From positions 358-64,357 of the forward strand of contig CBFGXL010000004.1 of assembly GCA_965652925.1 (NCBI GenBank): a DNA stretch of 64,000 nt, written 5' to 3'. The notes under the pieces were generated by a model. That model did not search any database. It was not told where the DNA came from and saw nothing but the letters and a program-made list of their open reading frames with translations. The position numbers were made by a program, and so were the translations under genes. The stretch's first letter is position 1. Each line of letters opens with the position of its first letter. This stretch comes from an uncultured bacterium (GTDB lineage: Bacteria; Patescibacteriota; Minisyncoccia; Phycocordibacterales; UBA918). Positions 10,503-20,983 of this stretch are shown here, in pieces.

Positions 10503-11006
10503 CTATAATTTTCGGGCATCATATGCCCAGTGCAGGAGTGATTGCCGCTGTTTCGGACGGCACAGATGATCGCCCGCCTCACAGTTCTTTCTCACCTGCA
10601 CTCCGTGTCTCCGGTAAGCTCTCCAGCGTTTGATCTGACGTTCGTCGTCCTCATGTCTTCTCCCCATATAGTACCTGCAGTACCACTGAAACCAACCACG
10701 TGGGTCATCTGCATGTATCCATTTCTTTTTCTCCCACTCTGTTCGTGACTGACTGGCCATTACTCTAAAATAATTTAATTCCTTGTGTGGCTTTTGATCA
10801 AATGAAAGTTTTGCATTCTTAAACCATGCCCGAGGAAATTCAGATGGGACTTCTCCAAAATATAAACCTCCAAACACCCCAAGTGACAGCATCTCCTGTG
10901 GCATTAATTCGGGAATAAACTCAGGGTCAAAATTCTTCCCGACCGGTTCAGTAAGATAATATTCGTAGTGCTGATATCGATCGTGACACGTTACTTTCTT
11001 TTTCAT
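10503..11006 (-). CDS. Conserved hypothetical protein (W/Y-rich basic C-terminal region)
   Basis: 167-aa ORF with a GWFQWYCRYYMGRR...RQIKRWRAYRRHG motif. I do not recognise a family with confidence. Confidence 0.4.
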   Translation of the reverse strand: MKKKVTCHDRYQHYEYYLTEPVGKNFDPEFIPELMPQEMLSLGVFGGLYFGEVPSEFPRAWFKNAKLSFDQKPHKELNYFRVMASQSRTEWEKKKWIHADDPRGWFQWYCRYYMGRRHEDDERQIKRWRAYRRHGVQVRKNCEAGDHLCRPKQRQSLLHWAYDARKL

Positions 11007-11011
11007 TTCAC

Positions 11012-11410
11012 TTACACAAACAGCTTCTGCGCGATGAAGTAGGTAATGGTAGATACTGAAGAGGCAAGCACCGCTCCCCAGAGAATATCAACGCCAGTGA
11101 CAAGCAGTGGCCAGTTTTTTAACGTAGCAAGATTGGTGAGATCATAGGTCGCATAGGCAATGCCTCCAAATAGTGCGCCAAACAAAAGCGCATGCGCCCA
11201 CTCCCCTTTCTCAATGGCAGGAACAATCACAAACACGATCAATCCAACAATAAAAATGAGATAGAAGAGTATCGCAGCAGTCCAGTTAATTGACGGAGCC
11301 ATCAAAAACCCGATCTGCTCACGATAAAAATTTCGAGCGATGAACCCAAGCCAAACAAGGTCGATGAGAAAAAAGATCGGCAGTGCAATAAGAAAGAGCT
11401 TTAGAAGCAT
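11012..11410 (-). CDS. Small integral membrane protein (DUF2177-like)
   Basis: 132 aa with four predicted TM helices. The pattern resembles COG4852/DUF2177. Confidence 0.45.
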   Translation of the reverse strand: MLLKLFLIALPIFFLIDLVWLGFIARNFYREQIGFLMAPSINWTAAILFYLIFIVGLIVFVIVPAIEKGEWAHALLFGALFGGIAYATYDLTNLATLKNWPLLVTGVDILWGAVLASSVSTITYFIAQKLFV

Positions 11411-11573
11411 ACGTAATTGGTTATCATTACAGTGTATGACGCATTGGCTTTTTTAGCTAGAGTCGCCTTTTTTATGATTCTTGCTACGCACATACTTGTA
11501 CAACAGTGGTTACGAGTTATTGTAACGAAGAATCGAAGCTTACAGCTTCAGTACACCTTTTTGTATGCTCTGT

Positions 11574-11640
11574 GGTCACGAATTACTAAGGATTATTCGT
11601 CGTAAACTCCTCAAATCCTAAGTACTCTCGACCCCGCCTC
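11574..11640. repeat. tRNA-associated intergenic repeat, copy A
   Basis: Sequence is GGTCACGAATTACTAAG-N-CTAAGTACTCTCGACCCCGCCTC. It is homologous to the copies at 29261/29313, 53423 and 60350. Confidence 0.8.
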
Positions 11641-11966
11641 ACTTGTTCGCAGGCTCACAGCGCTCCGGCTATCACAACGGCACGCAAGCGACGCAGGTCG
11701 CTTGCTAGAACAAAAAAGACCCCAGCTCTTGCTGAGGTCTTTTTTGTTCTGCCGTTGTGAACATCATCGAGCCAATTCTCGAATGCCAAAACGGCAAATT
11801 AGGCAGCCTTTTCAGGACGACGATGATGAGGTGAAGCACCCTGAGCTACACGCATACATACGATTTTGCCATCAGAGCTACATGCGGATGAAGCGTGAAG
11901 GCTCGTGGCCATGGACCAGAAATAAATCTGATTGTGACGAGTGGTGAGGAGCTGCGTAGAGAGAAC

Positions 11967-12494
11967 TTATTTCTTAAGACTATCAAATAGACGAATAAGC
12001 TCCTTTGAGAACTTATTCAATTCTTTAGTACTTATCAATGGTCTAACATACGGAAGAGGCTTATTAAACTTGGGTGGTATCTTAAATCCGAGTAATCGGA
12101 GGATTTTTTTCGATAGAGCTACACCGTCCTTGTATGTTGCTTGAGCCTCTTTCATCAATGCTTCTATTGATTCATAGTGAAGAGTATTGTGGATAATTTT
12201 ATTGCGTCGTGCGTTATAGGTTACCAACTCAGCAACAATAGATGGCTTTCCCCCCAACAGTTCATAAAATGAAATCAGCTGCGAGAATTTGGCATCGCCG
12301 TCCCAGTATTTCTTATGGGTTTTCTTCCGCTTACCTACAAAGGTGGTAATTAGCAATCTCAACATCATCTCGAGGGATGCCGTCTGCAGAACTAGGGCTT
12401 CAATATGGTCACCATTCACTTCGCTAGCCATTCTGGCCTTTAATCTAACGAGGCTAATAGTGTCCTTGCTGAGTTTGTTCCAGTAATTGGCCAT
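11967..12494 (-). CDS. Hypothetical protein with HEPN-like Rx4-6H motif
   Basis: ORF starts ~50 nt after the tRNA-Glu 3' end with no terminator between. Contains NARRNKIIHNTLHY, which fits the Rx4-6H HEPN signature. Start taken at MANYWNKL. Confidence 0.4.
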   Translation of the reverse strand: MANYWNKLSKDTISLVRLKARMASEVNGDHIEALVLQTASLEMMLRLLITTFVGKRKKTHKKYWDGDAKFSQLISFYELLGGKPSIVAELVTYNARRNKIIHNTLHYESIEALMKEAQATYKDGVALSKKILRLLGFKIPPKFNKPLPYVRPLISTKELNKFSKELIRLFDSLKK

Positions 12495-12541
12495 AAAGAT
12501 TGGCAGACAGCTAGGCTGCCCGAGTTGCCAGACTGGCAAGT

Positions 12542-12613
12542 GTGATCCCACGGAGAATCGAACTCCGGTTTCCAGGATGAAAACCTGGCGTCCTAGCCGC
12601 TAGACGATGGGAC
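12542..12613 (-). tRNA. tRNA-Glu (anticodon TTC)
   Basis: Manual fold: GGTCCCA acceptor stem, D-arm GTCTAGCGGCTAGGAC, anticodon stem CCAGG/CCTGG with loop TTTTCAT, T-arm CGGAG TTCGATT CTCCG. Close to a canonical bacterial tRNA-Glu. Confidence 0.85.
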
Positions 12614-12690
12614 CGCATATACGCTGAAGGTGTATTCAAACGTGCGCCATATAGTAACAAAAAAACTGGAAAATGCTAGGGTATATTTCC

Positions 12691-14586
12691 CTACGGCTGG
12701 GCCATTATTTTCTCCGATTTGACGAACTCTATAACGTTCTGGTTGTGGTCTATGGTAAACAATACCCCTTTGGTGGTGCCGTTTTTGAGCATCAGCTCGC
12801 TTGCCTCTTCCACGGTCGTATACAACGCGACATTCCGATGAGCGCAGAGGATGACTACCGACGATATGATGTCATTGAAACGGTCCGGGTCAGCGGGGAT
12901 AAGGAATGCAACCTCATCATCTGCAGTGCGCTCCCGAATGACATCCCCCAAATTGCAATATTCAAAACGGTCGGCAGTCACACGTGTTCGGAGGTCGAGG
13001 GCATAGATAGTGAGTGACCCTGCAATAATGACAAAAAACAGAAACGCTGACGTTATACGTATGAGCGTCTGTTTAGGGGTCTTAAGAAGCCACAGCTTGT
13101 ATAAGCATAGTGGGATAATAATGCAGAACAGAGGAACTGTTTTGAGTACAGAATAGAAGTGTATCTCAAACGCAGACCAATCAAGAAACACCAGGTGATG
13201 GAGCACTACCGGCAATGCAAAGAAATAGAGCACCGGATACGCGAAGCGCAATGACGTGATAGAATCCTCTTTTGCCTTTCTCCCGCCAAACCAAAGCAGT
13301 GCGGCAAACAGAACAAGGGACATCAGCAACGGACTGAACCATTTAAGGTAATTTTTTCCGAGTGCAATGAGCAATTGCGAAACACTTCCCGCTTCGCTTT
13401 CTTCAGGCACATACCCGTTTAGATAACGATCGGTCATCACCGATAAAAATGAACCAGTATCCGAAACCGACGCATACTGGAGGACTGTTGCAGTGAGCAC
13501 CACTATAGGAATAATTATGCTCATGAGCAAAAGCGGCAATGCGAATCGCTCTCTTCTGCGAATGAACGCATAGAAAAAAAGAGCTGCACATATGAACAGG
13601 CCAATCCACTCACTGTATACGGTCAGCGCAAGTGTAAGCGCAAGTGCAATATATTCTCTATGCAAAACTTCTTTTCTAGAAGTAATGATCGTATAGAAAA
13701 GATACCCGGCAAGAACAAACAATACTTGAACAAACATATCCGACATGTAGTTCACCGTATGCATATAGAGAGATATGCCCGTAAACAAATATAAACAAAA
13801 GCCGATCAGCCCTACATACACATTCTTGGTCATCCTATACAAGAGGAGCAAGAGGATGCTGGCAGTTGCTATCTGAACAAGGACGTTAAAGATGCGTAAC
13901 CCGACAACATTTGGCTCAAATCCAGACGCAGCAAAAAGTGCATATGGAGCAATGTATGCAAAGGGCGGGTAGGAAACATAGTAATAGTCGCCTGCATCAT
14001 TGCTGTATCCCATCCTATCCACTTCGATCGAAGAATGGTTGTTTATGTGCTTATTGCTTTCTCCAGGATACGTCACTGGAGGTACAAAGTGATGTGTCAA
14101 TCCTCCATCCTCGTGCCATATTTCCAGATGCCGAAGCACGGTTGCGGTGTGCCATTCATAATCGAACGCACGAGGTGTCACAATTGATTCCCACCTGATG
14201 CCCAGAGAAAAAAGCGTCACCACGACGCCAGACGCAGCAAAAAGTGCATATGGAGCAATGTATGCAAAGGGCGGGTAGGAAACATAGTAATAGTCGCCTG
14301 CATCATTGCTGTATCCCATCCTATCCACTTCGATCGAAGAATGGTTGTTTATGTGCTTATTGCTTTCTCCAGGATACGTCACTGGAGGTACAAAGTGATG
14401 TGTCAATCCTCCATCCTCGTGCCATATTTCCAGATGCCGAAGCACGGTTGCGGTGTGCCATTCATAATCGAACGCACGAGGTGTCACAATTGATTCCCAC
14501 CTGATGCCCAGAGAAAAAAGCGTCACCACGACGCAAATGCCCAACACAATCGCATTATTTCTCTTCATGATAGTCCTCTTCTGCAT
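12691..14586 (-). CDS. Polytopic membrane glycosyltransferase (GT-C fold, ArnT/PMT-like) with an internal 102-aa perfect tandem duplication
   Basis: About 14 predicted TM helices. The N-terminal loop [15 protein letters not shown] resembles the GT39/GT83 loop motif. Residues 19-120 are repeated exactly as 121-222. Confidence 0.5.
   Translation of the reverse strand: MQKRTIMKRNNAIVLGICVVVTLFSLGIRWESIVTPRAFDYEWHTATVLRHLEIWHEDGGLTHHFVPPVTYPGESNKHINNHSSIEVDRMGYSNDAGDYYYVSYPPFAYIAPYALFAASGVVVTLFSLGIRWESIVTPRAFDYEWHTATVLRHLEIWHEDGGLTHHFVPPVTYPGESNKHINNHSSIEVDRMGYSNDAGDYYYVSYPPFAYIAPYALFAASGFEPNVVGLRIFNVLVQIATASILLLLLYRMTKNVYVGLIGFCLYLFTGISLYMHTVNYMSDMFVQVLFVLAGYLFYTIITSRKEVLHREYIALALTLALTVYSEWIGLFICAALFFYAFIRRRERFALPLLLMSIIIPIVVLTATVLQYASVSDTGSFLSVMTDRYLNGYVPEESEAGSVSQLLIALGKNYLKWFSPLLMSLVLFAALLWFGGRKAKEDSITSLRFAYPVLYFFALPVVLHHLVFLDWSAFEIHFYSVLKTVPLFCIIIPLCLYKLWLLKTPKQTLIRITSAFLFFVIIAGSLTIYALDLRTRVTADRFEYCNLGDVIRERTADDEVAFLIPADPDRFNDIISSVVILCAHRNVALYTTVEEASELMLKNGTTKGVLFTIDHNQNVIEFVKSEKIMAQP
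13917..14533. repeat. Perfect 306-bp direct tandem duplication (2 units) inside the glycosyltransferase CDS
   Basis: Unit 13922-14227 is identical to 14228-14533, with a CAAAT microhomology at the junctions. The two antisense track ORFs 13911-14198 and 14244-14504 encode identical peptides because of it. Confidence 0.95.
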
Positions 14587-16120
14587 TTATATCCCAGACT
14601 TTTTCCTTCGGATAGTTTCCCAAGATTGATTCCACCGAAGCCATTGCAGTCAGCATGGAATGATCCTGATTATTGTAACGGTGCATACCGTTTCGACCAA
14701 TGGGATAGAGGTTGGCAATGCCGTTGAGGTACCGCTTCACAATATCAAAATCCTTATATACGCCCGAATACACCGGGTAGGCTTTCGGTACTTTTTCAAC
14801 ATGATAGGCCAGGGCCTGATGCTTCGAGAGACCTATGTGCTCAAGCTCTTTCGATGCAAGTGCACCGAGGTCCTCCTCTGACATCCTCCAGAGCGGATCG
14901 GTATCATTGCAAAAATATTCCATACCAAGCACCTGGGCATTGGGTGACTGCACCATATATGGGCTCCAGTTACGAAACAGCTGGATGCGCCCTACCTGTA
15001 CTTCAGGATCATGGATGTAAATCCAGTTGTCCGTGAGTTTGAGTAGCTCTGCATCCTCCACGAGCACACCTATGGTGACAAAATCCCGAAATGTGAGGTG
15101 TTGCGCAACAGCAGAGACCTCTTGTGGTGGTGCCTGCGTGAACGCTGCAAACAGTTCAGTAATGGGCATTGTTGAAAAAAAATAGTCTGCCTCCAGCATG
15201 TGTTCTTCTCCCGTTTCAGTATCCCGATACGTTACTGCACGAACCCGCTCGTTGTTATTCTCAATTTTTATCACTTCAGCATTTGTTACGATCGATCCAC
15301 CTTTCTCTTCTATGGTACGAGCAACCACCTCCCACAGATGTCCAGGGCCGTATTTAGGATAAAGAAAATATTCGATAAGTGACGTTTCGACATTCTTCTG
15401 ACTGATGTTCGCTTTACGAAACAAACGCAGTATGCTGTTCTGAACAGCTTTCCATACGGAAAGACTCTTTACACGCTGCCTTCCCCAGTCAGCTCCCAAA
15501 TCTGTACAACGCAGTCCCCACACTTTTTCAGTGTATGTCTTAAAAAACGTCAGATACAGTTCATACCCAAAACGATTGATGAAAAAATCCTCCAAATTCT
15601 TCTCTTCTCTAGGAAAAAGAAGAGAATGTACATAACTCGTTCCTATTTTGAGCATCTTCACCACACCCAGATTCGAGAGTGTCTTCCATGAAAGCTCAAC
15701 AGGATATTCATAGAATTTCCCGCCATAGAATATGCGTGATCTCCTTTTGCGCACAAGCATGACATCTTCATCATTGTCATGGATTGCAGAGGATGGGCGC
15801 TCAAGAACATGCGTTCTGTTTTGATATGAGAGTGCTATATGCTCATCACTTCCTTTTTCAAGTGGCAGCACATCAAGCCACCATGAGACAACCTTGTCAG
15901 ACTTTGAGAAAAAACGATGCCCTCCAATATCCATTCTGTTTTCCCCAAACTGCACTGTCCGAGAAATACCGCCAAGATGCCGGCTTTTCTCAAGGATAAT
16001 GGGTTGAATATCCGTGTGACGGAGAAGTTCTAGCGCCGCAGTGAGTCCCGCGGGTCCAGCCCCGATGATCACTGCCTTTTTTGTTTTCGGTGTTTGTTCA
16101 GTCATTGGCTGTGGAGACAT
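14555..16120 (-). CDS. FAD/NAD(P)-binding oxidoreductase (amine-oxidase/UDP-galactopyranose-mutase-like Rossmann fold)
   Basis: [17 protein letters not shown]...[13 protein letters not shown] dinucleotide-binding motif. About 520 aa. Start uncertain (MSPQP at 16120 or MTEQ at 16105). It overlaps the GT-C gene start by ~30 nt. Confidence 0.6.
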   Translation of the reverse strand: MSPQPMTEQTPKTKKAVIIGAGPAGLTAALELLRHTDIQPIILEKSRHLGGISRTVQFGENRMDIGGHRFFSKSDKVVSWWLDVLPLEKGSDEHIALSYQNRTHVLERPSSAIHDNDEDVMLVRKRRSRIFYGGKFYEYPVELSWKTLSNLGVVKMLKIGTSYVHSLLFPREEKNLEDFFINRFGYELYLTFFKTYTEKVWGLRCTDLGADWGRQRVKSLSVWKAVQNSILRLFRKANISQKNVETSLIEYFLYPKYGPGHLWEVVARTIEEKGGSIVTNAEVIKIENNNERVRAVTYRDTETGEEHMLEADYFFSTMPITELFAAFTQAPPQEVSAVAQHLTFRDFVTIGVLVEDAELLKLTDNWIYIHDPEVQVGRIQLFRNWSPYMVQSPNAQVLGMEYFCNDTDPLWRMSEEDLGALASKELEHIGLSKHQALAYHVEKVPKAYPVYSGVYKDFDIVKRYLNGIANLYPIGRNGMHRYNNQDHSMLTAMASVESILGNYPKEKVWDINAEEDYHEEK

Positions 16121-16154
16121 GCGTGCATTGTATGCTCTAGTATATACTATCTGC

Positions 16155-16547
16155 ATGACCAGAATGTTGCGCTCGTTTATCGTCTTTTGCTTTGTCGGCG
16201 CCATTAGTTCCCTCATAGATCTCGGCATTTTGTATATGCTTGTTGAATACTTCGAGTTTTCTGTATATCTAGCAGCCACGCTCTCTTTTACCCTTTCATC
16301 GCTCAATGGCTACACCCTCAATAAACTCATCACTTTCAGAGACACTTCTCTGAGCGTCAAACGCCAATATATCTCTTATGTGTTAGTCAATCTCATTGGA
16401 CTCGGGCTTACGCTTATGCTCCTCTTCCTCTTTATAAATACTTTTGGGCTCTACTATATGCATGCTAAGATACTCACCCTTGCTATCGTCGTCCTTTGGA
16501 ATTTCGGAGGCAGCAGGACTTTTGTATTCAAAAATAGAACACACTGA
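16155..16547 (+). CDS. GtrA-family membrane protein (polyprenyl-linked sugar translocation-associated)
   Basis: About 130 aa with four TM helices and a [21 protein letters not shown]...[11 protein letters not shown] pattern typical of GtrA. Start taken at MTRML. Confidence 0.6.
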   Translation: MTRMLRSFIVFCFVGAISSLIDLGILYMLVEYFEFSVYLAATLSFTLSSLNGYTLNKLITFRDTSLSVKRQYISYVLVNLIGLGLTLMLLFLFINTFGLYYMHAKILTLAIVVLWNFGGSRTFVFKNRTH

Positions 16548-16550
16548 CAT

Positions 16551-17300
16551 ATGAAAATCGTATCGCTCAATATCGAGGGATCAAAGCATGTAAACCGGGT
16601 TATCCCTTTTCTTGAAGCTGAACAAGCTGATGTTATATGCCTTCAGGAAGCACAGCTCGATCTCCATCCTTATCTTGAAAAAGCTGGATACACATTTCAT
16701 GTGCTTCCCATGACTTTGCGCACTGACGATTCACATTTGAATGAACCAGAAGGACTCCTTTTGGCAACTCGTCATGAGACAACGTTTGATTCCTTCTATT
16801 ATCATATGCCCGAAGAAGGCATCCAGCCATTTATCAAAGCCGCATGGAGAGACACCTGCGCTTATGGAGTGTTGTTTGCGGATGTAACCTTTCAAGGAAA
16901 GCTATTCAGGATCGGAACTACGCATTTTACCTGGACCCCAGACGGTATGCCCAATAGCGAACAGGACGCTGACGCAGATGCGCTTTTCTCGTTTCTCCGC
17001 ACACAAAAGCCGCATGTGATCTGTGGGGATTTCAACATACCTCGTCTGCACAATTATAATTATAAGCGCCTTACAGAACTGTACACCGATGCTATTCCCA
17101 CGAACTATACAAGCAGTCTTGACCGCACACTCCATCGATGCGGGAAGGATGCACAACGGTCTATTATGTTTGACGAATACATGGTGGATTACCTCTGCAC
17201 CCAGACACCATACACAGCCTCAGATGTGCGTTTACAGTTTGGCATCAGCGACCACGCAGGCATTGTCGCAACCCTTCACTCCGACCTCACTCGACCGTAA
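16551..17300 (+). CDS. Endonuclease/exonuclease/phosphatase (EEP) family protein
   Basis: MKIVSLNIEG...DVICLQEA N-terminal motif and C-terminal SDHAGI motif of the EEP fold. Confidence 0.7.
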   Translation: MKIVSLNIEGSKHVNRVIPFLEAEQADVICLQEAQLDLHPYLEKAGYTFHVLPMTLRTDDSHLNEPEGLLLATRHETTFDSFYYHMPEEGIQPFIKAAWRDTCAYGVLFADVTFQGKLFRIGTTHFTWTPDGMPNSEQDADADALFSFLRTQKPHVICGDFNIPRLHNYNYKRLTELYTDAIPTNYTSSLDRTLHRCGKDAQRSIMFDEYMVDYLCTQTPYTASDVRLQFGISDHAGIVATLHSDLTRP

Positions 17301-19101
17301 CAGATTTTGCCAGATTACGCGGGCGGTCTACATTTAAACCGCGTGCAATGCCTACGTAATATGCAAATAGGTGCAATGGTACTGTCGAGACAATCGGCTG
17401 AATGATCGGATGTACTTTTGGCATATAAATGATATCTGTTGCAAGTGACGCCAGGTGGGAATCACCAAGTGTGCCGAAAGCAAGAACCGGCGCTTTTCTA
17501 GCTCTGACCTCTTCAATGTTTGAAATCATCTTTTCATAGACATCATCCTGCGGACAAAGAGCAACAACAGGAAAATCAGCATCAAGCATGGCAATCGGCC
17601 CATGTTTAAGCTCGCCGCCGGCATACGCTTCTGCATGAATATATGCAACCTCTTTCAGTTTAAGAGATCCCTCATAAGCAATTGGCGTATGGAATTTTCT
17701 TCCAATGAAAATCATATCCCGCGACGAAGCGTACTTCTGGGCAATGCGTTTTATCTCTTCAGACTGTTTGAGTACACTGCGAAGAACTTCAGGCAAGCTC
17801 TGAAGCGCCTCTGCGATCTCTATTCCTTCTTCTTGCCTCATGCCTCGCTCACGTCCAATAAGAAGCGTCAAAAGCGCGAAGACAGCAAGCTGCGAGATGA
17901 ATGCCTTGGTTGAGGCAACAGCAACCTCGGGACCAGCGTGGTTATATACTCCAGCATGTGTCTCACGTGCGATGGTCGACCCGACAGAGTTTATGATGCC
18001 GAGGGTTAACAAACCTTGTTTCTGTGCAGACCGGATCGAAGCAAGCGTGTCAGCGGTCTCACCAGACTGCGAGACAGCAAGAACTGCGCTTTTTTTATCT
18101 GGCAAATTGCGTTTGTAACGGTACTCACTTGCCAACTCAACCTCTGTGGGCAGACCAGCATACTCTTCAAGAAGATATCGGCCTACAAGTCCTGCATAAT
18201 AGGCAGAACCGCAGCCCACGATCTGCAGGCGATTGAGCACAGAAAGCTTATCAAGTACCGTTTCAAGACCGCCAAGCTTCGCCCTCCCTTTATCCATAAG
18301 AAGCCTGCCTCGGATCGTATTTTCAATAACCTCAGGTGCCTCAAAAATCTCTTTGATCATGAAGTGGTCATACCCCTCTTTCTGTGCCGCCTCAAAATCC
18401 CACGCAACCTTTTGCGGAGTTTTTTGTCGTGCCTCCCCCGAAAGCGAACTGATGCTGTACGAGTCTTTGGTAATGACCGCAACTTCTCCGTCATCTAGGT
18501 ACACAACATCCTTCGTGTGGGACACCAGAGCTGATGGATCAGATGAAACAAAATGTCCATCCGTGCCGATGCCGAGCACAATAGGGCTACCCATGCGCCC
18601 AATAACAATCACTCCCGGCTCATGCTCGCTCATTACGGCAAGACCATACGTACCGCGGACCATGCGCAACGCTTCCAAGACCGCACTCTTGAGATCGCCC
18701 TTATAGAGGGTGCCTATGAGTTTAGCGAGCACCTCGGTGTCGGTATCAGACTCAAACGAAATGCCCTGCGCAAGAAGTCCTTCCTTCAATGCGCGGTAGT
18801 TTTCTATGATTCCATTGTGGACGATCCATATCTGTCCGCTGGCATCATGATGCGGGTGTGCATTCTTTTCAGTCGGTTCTCCGTGTGTTGCCCAACGCGT
18901 GTGCGCAATACCAGAAGTGCCGCCGATGGTTTCAGTGATGCTTGCCACAAGATTGTCTATAGGACCAACTGACTTCACCACACCATATCCCGGAACAAAT
19001 ATCCCCGCAGAGTCGTATCCGCGATATTCGAGTGTCCGCAATCCTTCAATTAAAAGAGGTTCTGCTGTCCGCTGTCCCACATATCCGAAAATACCACACA
19101 T
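17287..19101 (-). CDS. glmS: Glutamine--fructose-6-phosphate aminotransferase
   Basis: N-terminal MCGIFGY Ntn amidotransferase, two SIS domains, and the conserved C-terminus ...NVDRPRNLAKSVTVE. Confidence 0.95.
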   Translation of the reverse strand: MCGIFGYVGQRTAEPLLIEGLRTLEYRGYDSAGIFVPGYGVVKSVGPIDNLVASITETIGGTSGIAHTRWATHGEPTEKNAHPHHDASGQIWIVHNGIIENYRALKEGLLAQGISFESDTDTEVLAKLIGTLYKGDLKSAVLEALRMVRGTYGLAVMSEHEPGVIVIGRMGSPIVLGIGTDGHFVSSDPSALVSHTKDVVYLDDGEVAVITKDSYSISSLSGEARQKTPQKVAWDFEAAQKEGYDHFMIKEIFEAPEVIENTIRGRLLMDKGRAKLGGLETVLDKLSVLNRLQIVGCGSAYYAGLVGRYLLEEYAGLPTEVELASEYRYKRNLPDKKSAVLAVSQSGETADTLASIRSAQKQGLLTLGIINSVGSTIARETHAGVYNHAGPEVAVASTKAFISQLAVFALLTLLIGRERGMRQEEGIEIAEALQSLPEVLRSVLKQSEEIKRIAQKYASSRDMIFIGRKFHTPIAYEGSLKLKEVAYIHAEAYAGGELKHGPIAMLDADFPVVALCPQDDVYEKMISNIEEVRARKAPVLAFGTLGDSHLASLATDIIYMPKVHPIIQPIVSTVPLHLFAYYVGIARGLNVDRPRNLAKSVTVE

Positions 19102-19163
19102 ATTTTTTTCTATTATCTGTTTCTTTATGATACTACGGCAACCTGAGATTGGTTACTTATAGA

Positions 19164-20951
19164 TTATTCCTGCAAAAATCCCCCTGCCTGGTGCTTCCAG
19201 AGCCGAGCATAGGTTCCGCCGCGGTTAACAAGTTCAGTGTGACTGCCGCTTTCAGTAATAACTCCTTCCTCAAGAACAATGATACGATCCATTTCACGCA
19301 ATGTCGAAAGGCGGTGAGCGATCGCTATCACTGTTTTGCCCTCCATGAGTACCCGCAGTGCTTTCTGTATTTCCACTTCGCTCTCAGAGTCGAGTGCAGA
19401 AGTCGCCTCATCGAGAATGAGTATAGGAGCATCCTTGAGCATGGCGCGGGCAATTGCTATACGTTGTTTCTGTCCTCCTGAGAGCTTAATGCCGCGCTCG
19501 CCGACGATAGTGTCGTAGCCGTTCTCAAGTTTTATGATGAAATCATGCGCCTGCGCCTTCTGTGCGGCTGCAATCACCTCCTCATCGGTTGCGTCAAGCT
19601 TGCCATACATAATATTCTCTTTGACTGTACGGTGGAACAAAAGCGGCTCCTGCGGCACAACAGCAATATGCTCACGCAATGAATCCTGCGTGACATCACG
19701 TATATCTTGTCCATCAATTGCGATACTACCATCGGTGACATCGTGCTGCCGAAGCAAGAGCGAGACGAACGTGGTCTTACCAGCACCCGAAGGCCCAACC
19801 AAGCCAATGCGCTCACCCCCTTGTATGCTGAGATCAAACGCATTGAAGACACGATGTGCGCCATAGTCAAAGGTTACATTCTTCCACGCGATCTCTCCTG
19901 CTGTTGCTGTAAGCGGTTGCGCGTTTTGCTTGTCTTCAATCTCATAGGACGATAAAAGTTCACTTAACCCTTCTTCCATTTCGCCGTATGCAGCAGACGT
20001 ATCATTGAAAGCTCGGCCAATGAATACGAGCCGATCAGTAAAAGTACTAAAAATGACCAGAACAAGGAGTAGATCCCCCGTCGATATTTCTCCGAGCCTC
20101 CATCGAGCCAACAGCATATACATAATGAGTGCCGCAAACACAAAGAGAACCAGGCTGTTGAGAAACATGGTGATCTCCGAATACCGCCAGCTTGCTTTAT
20201 GTGCAGATCTGTTGAGTCCTGATAGTTCTTTAAGTTTTTTGTTTTCAAAATGCGAGAGCGCGTATTGCCGTACCGCAGCGATGTTCGTGAAGGTATCGAC
20301 AATATAACCGCGCAGTTTTGTTGCACTCTCAGCACTTTCTCTGGAAAGCTGCCGTTTACGCGGCGTGAGCCTCCAGTTAATGCCAATCACGATAAAAATA
20401 AGGACAAAGTATGCAATGGCAGAGTAAATATCAACTGACGCAATAAGGAAGAGAGAAACAATGATACCGACAACAGTCGGAAGATGCGTCCAGAGAAAAT
20501 CGGCAATAATACGTTCTGCTGCATGGACGACATTGCTGACCTTACTCAAAAGCGACCCTGCGAATCTGTTGCTGAAGTATGCGTGGCTATGCTTATTAGC
20601 GTATGAAACGAGCTCATCATATATGTCCTTAAGCATGCCCGTTATCCAGTACATACCGCTGAATCCACTCCCGCGCCACACGAGGCTGATCACAAAATCA
20701 GCAAGCGGATAGGCAATTGCAAGAAGAAATACAAAATCATAACGCTCTCCCTCGATGGCCTCGACTATGTATTTGAATATAAGTGCCAAAAGCCGTGAGC
20801 TGATAGCGCCCACGAGCACGCAGCCGATTGCAATAAAAACCCACACCGCATGCTTCCGCGACATGTGCCACACAAAAGCAAGCGGTGTTTTTGGCAAAAC
20901 GCCATTTTGCTGCGGTATGTATTCTTGTGGCCGCTCCATAGGCATACACAA
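19164..20951 (-). CDS. ABC transporter, fused permease/ATP-binding (type I exporter, MsbA-like)
   Basis: Six N-terminal TM helices, Walker A GPSGAGKTT, signature LSGGQKQRIAIARAML, Walker B ILILDEATSALD. Confidence 0.9.
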   Translation of the reverse strand: MCMPMERPQEYIPQQNGVLPKTPLAFVWHMSRKHAVWVFIAIGCVLVGAISSRLLALIFKYIVEAIEGERYDFVFLLAIAYPLADFVISLVWRGSGFSGMYWITGMLKDIYDELVSYANKHSHAYFSNRFAGSLLSKVSNVVHAAERIIADFLWTHLPTVVGIIVSLFLIASVDIYSAIAYFVLIFIVIGINWRLTPRKRQLSRESAESATKLRGYIVDTFTNIAAVRQYALSHFENKKLKELSGLNRSAHKASWRYSEITMFLNSLVLFVFAALIMYMLLARWRLGEISTGDLLLVLVIFSTFTDRLVFIGRAFNDTSAAYGEMEEGLSELLSSYEIEDKQNAQPLTATAGEIAWKNVTFDYGAHRVFNAFDLSIQGGERIGLVGPSGAGKTTFVSLLLRQHDVTDGSIAIDGQDIRDVTQDSLREHIAVVPQEPLLFHRTVKENIMYGKLDATDEEVIAAAQKAQAHDFIIKLENGYDTIVGERGIKLSGGQKQRIAIARAMLKDAPILILDEATSALDSESEVEIQKALRVLMEGKTVIAIAHRLSTLREMDRIIVLEEGVITESGSHTELVNRGGTYARLWKHQAGGFLQE

Positions 20952-20983
20952 TACACCAAGCTGAATAATTTGCGATGAAAACG

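Noticed and set aside
13911-14504. Two plus-strand ORFs (13911-14198, 14244-14504) encoding identical 86-aa peptides
   Set aside because: They are antisense to the glycosyltransferase CDS. Their identity is simply a by-product of the 306-bp tandem duplication, so they are not genes.
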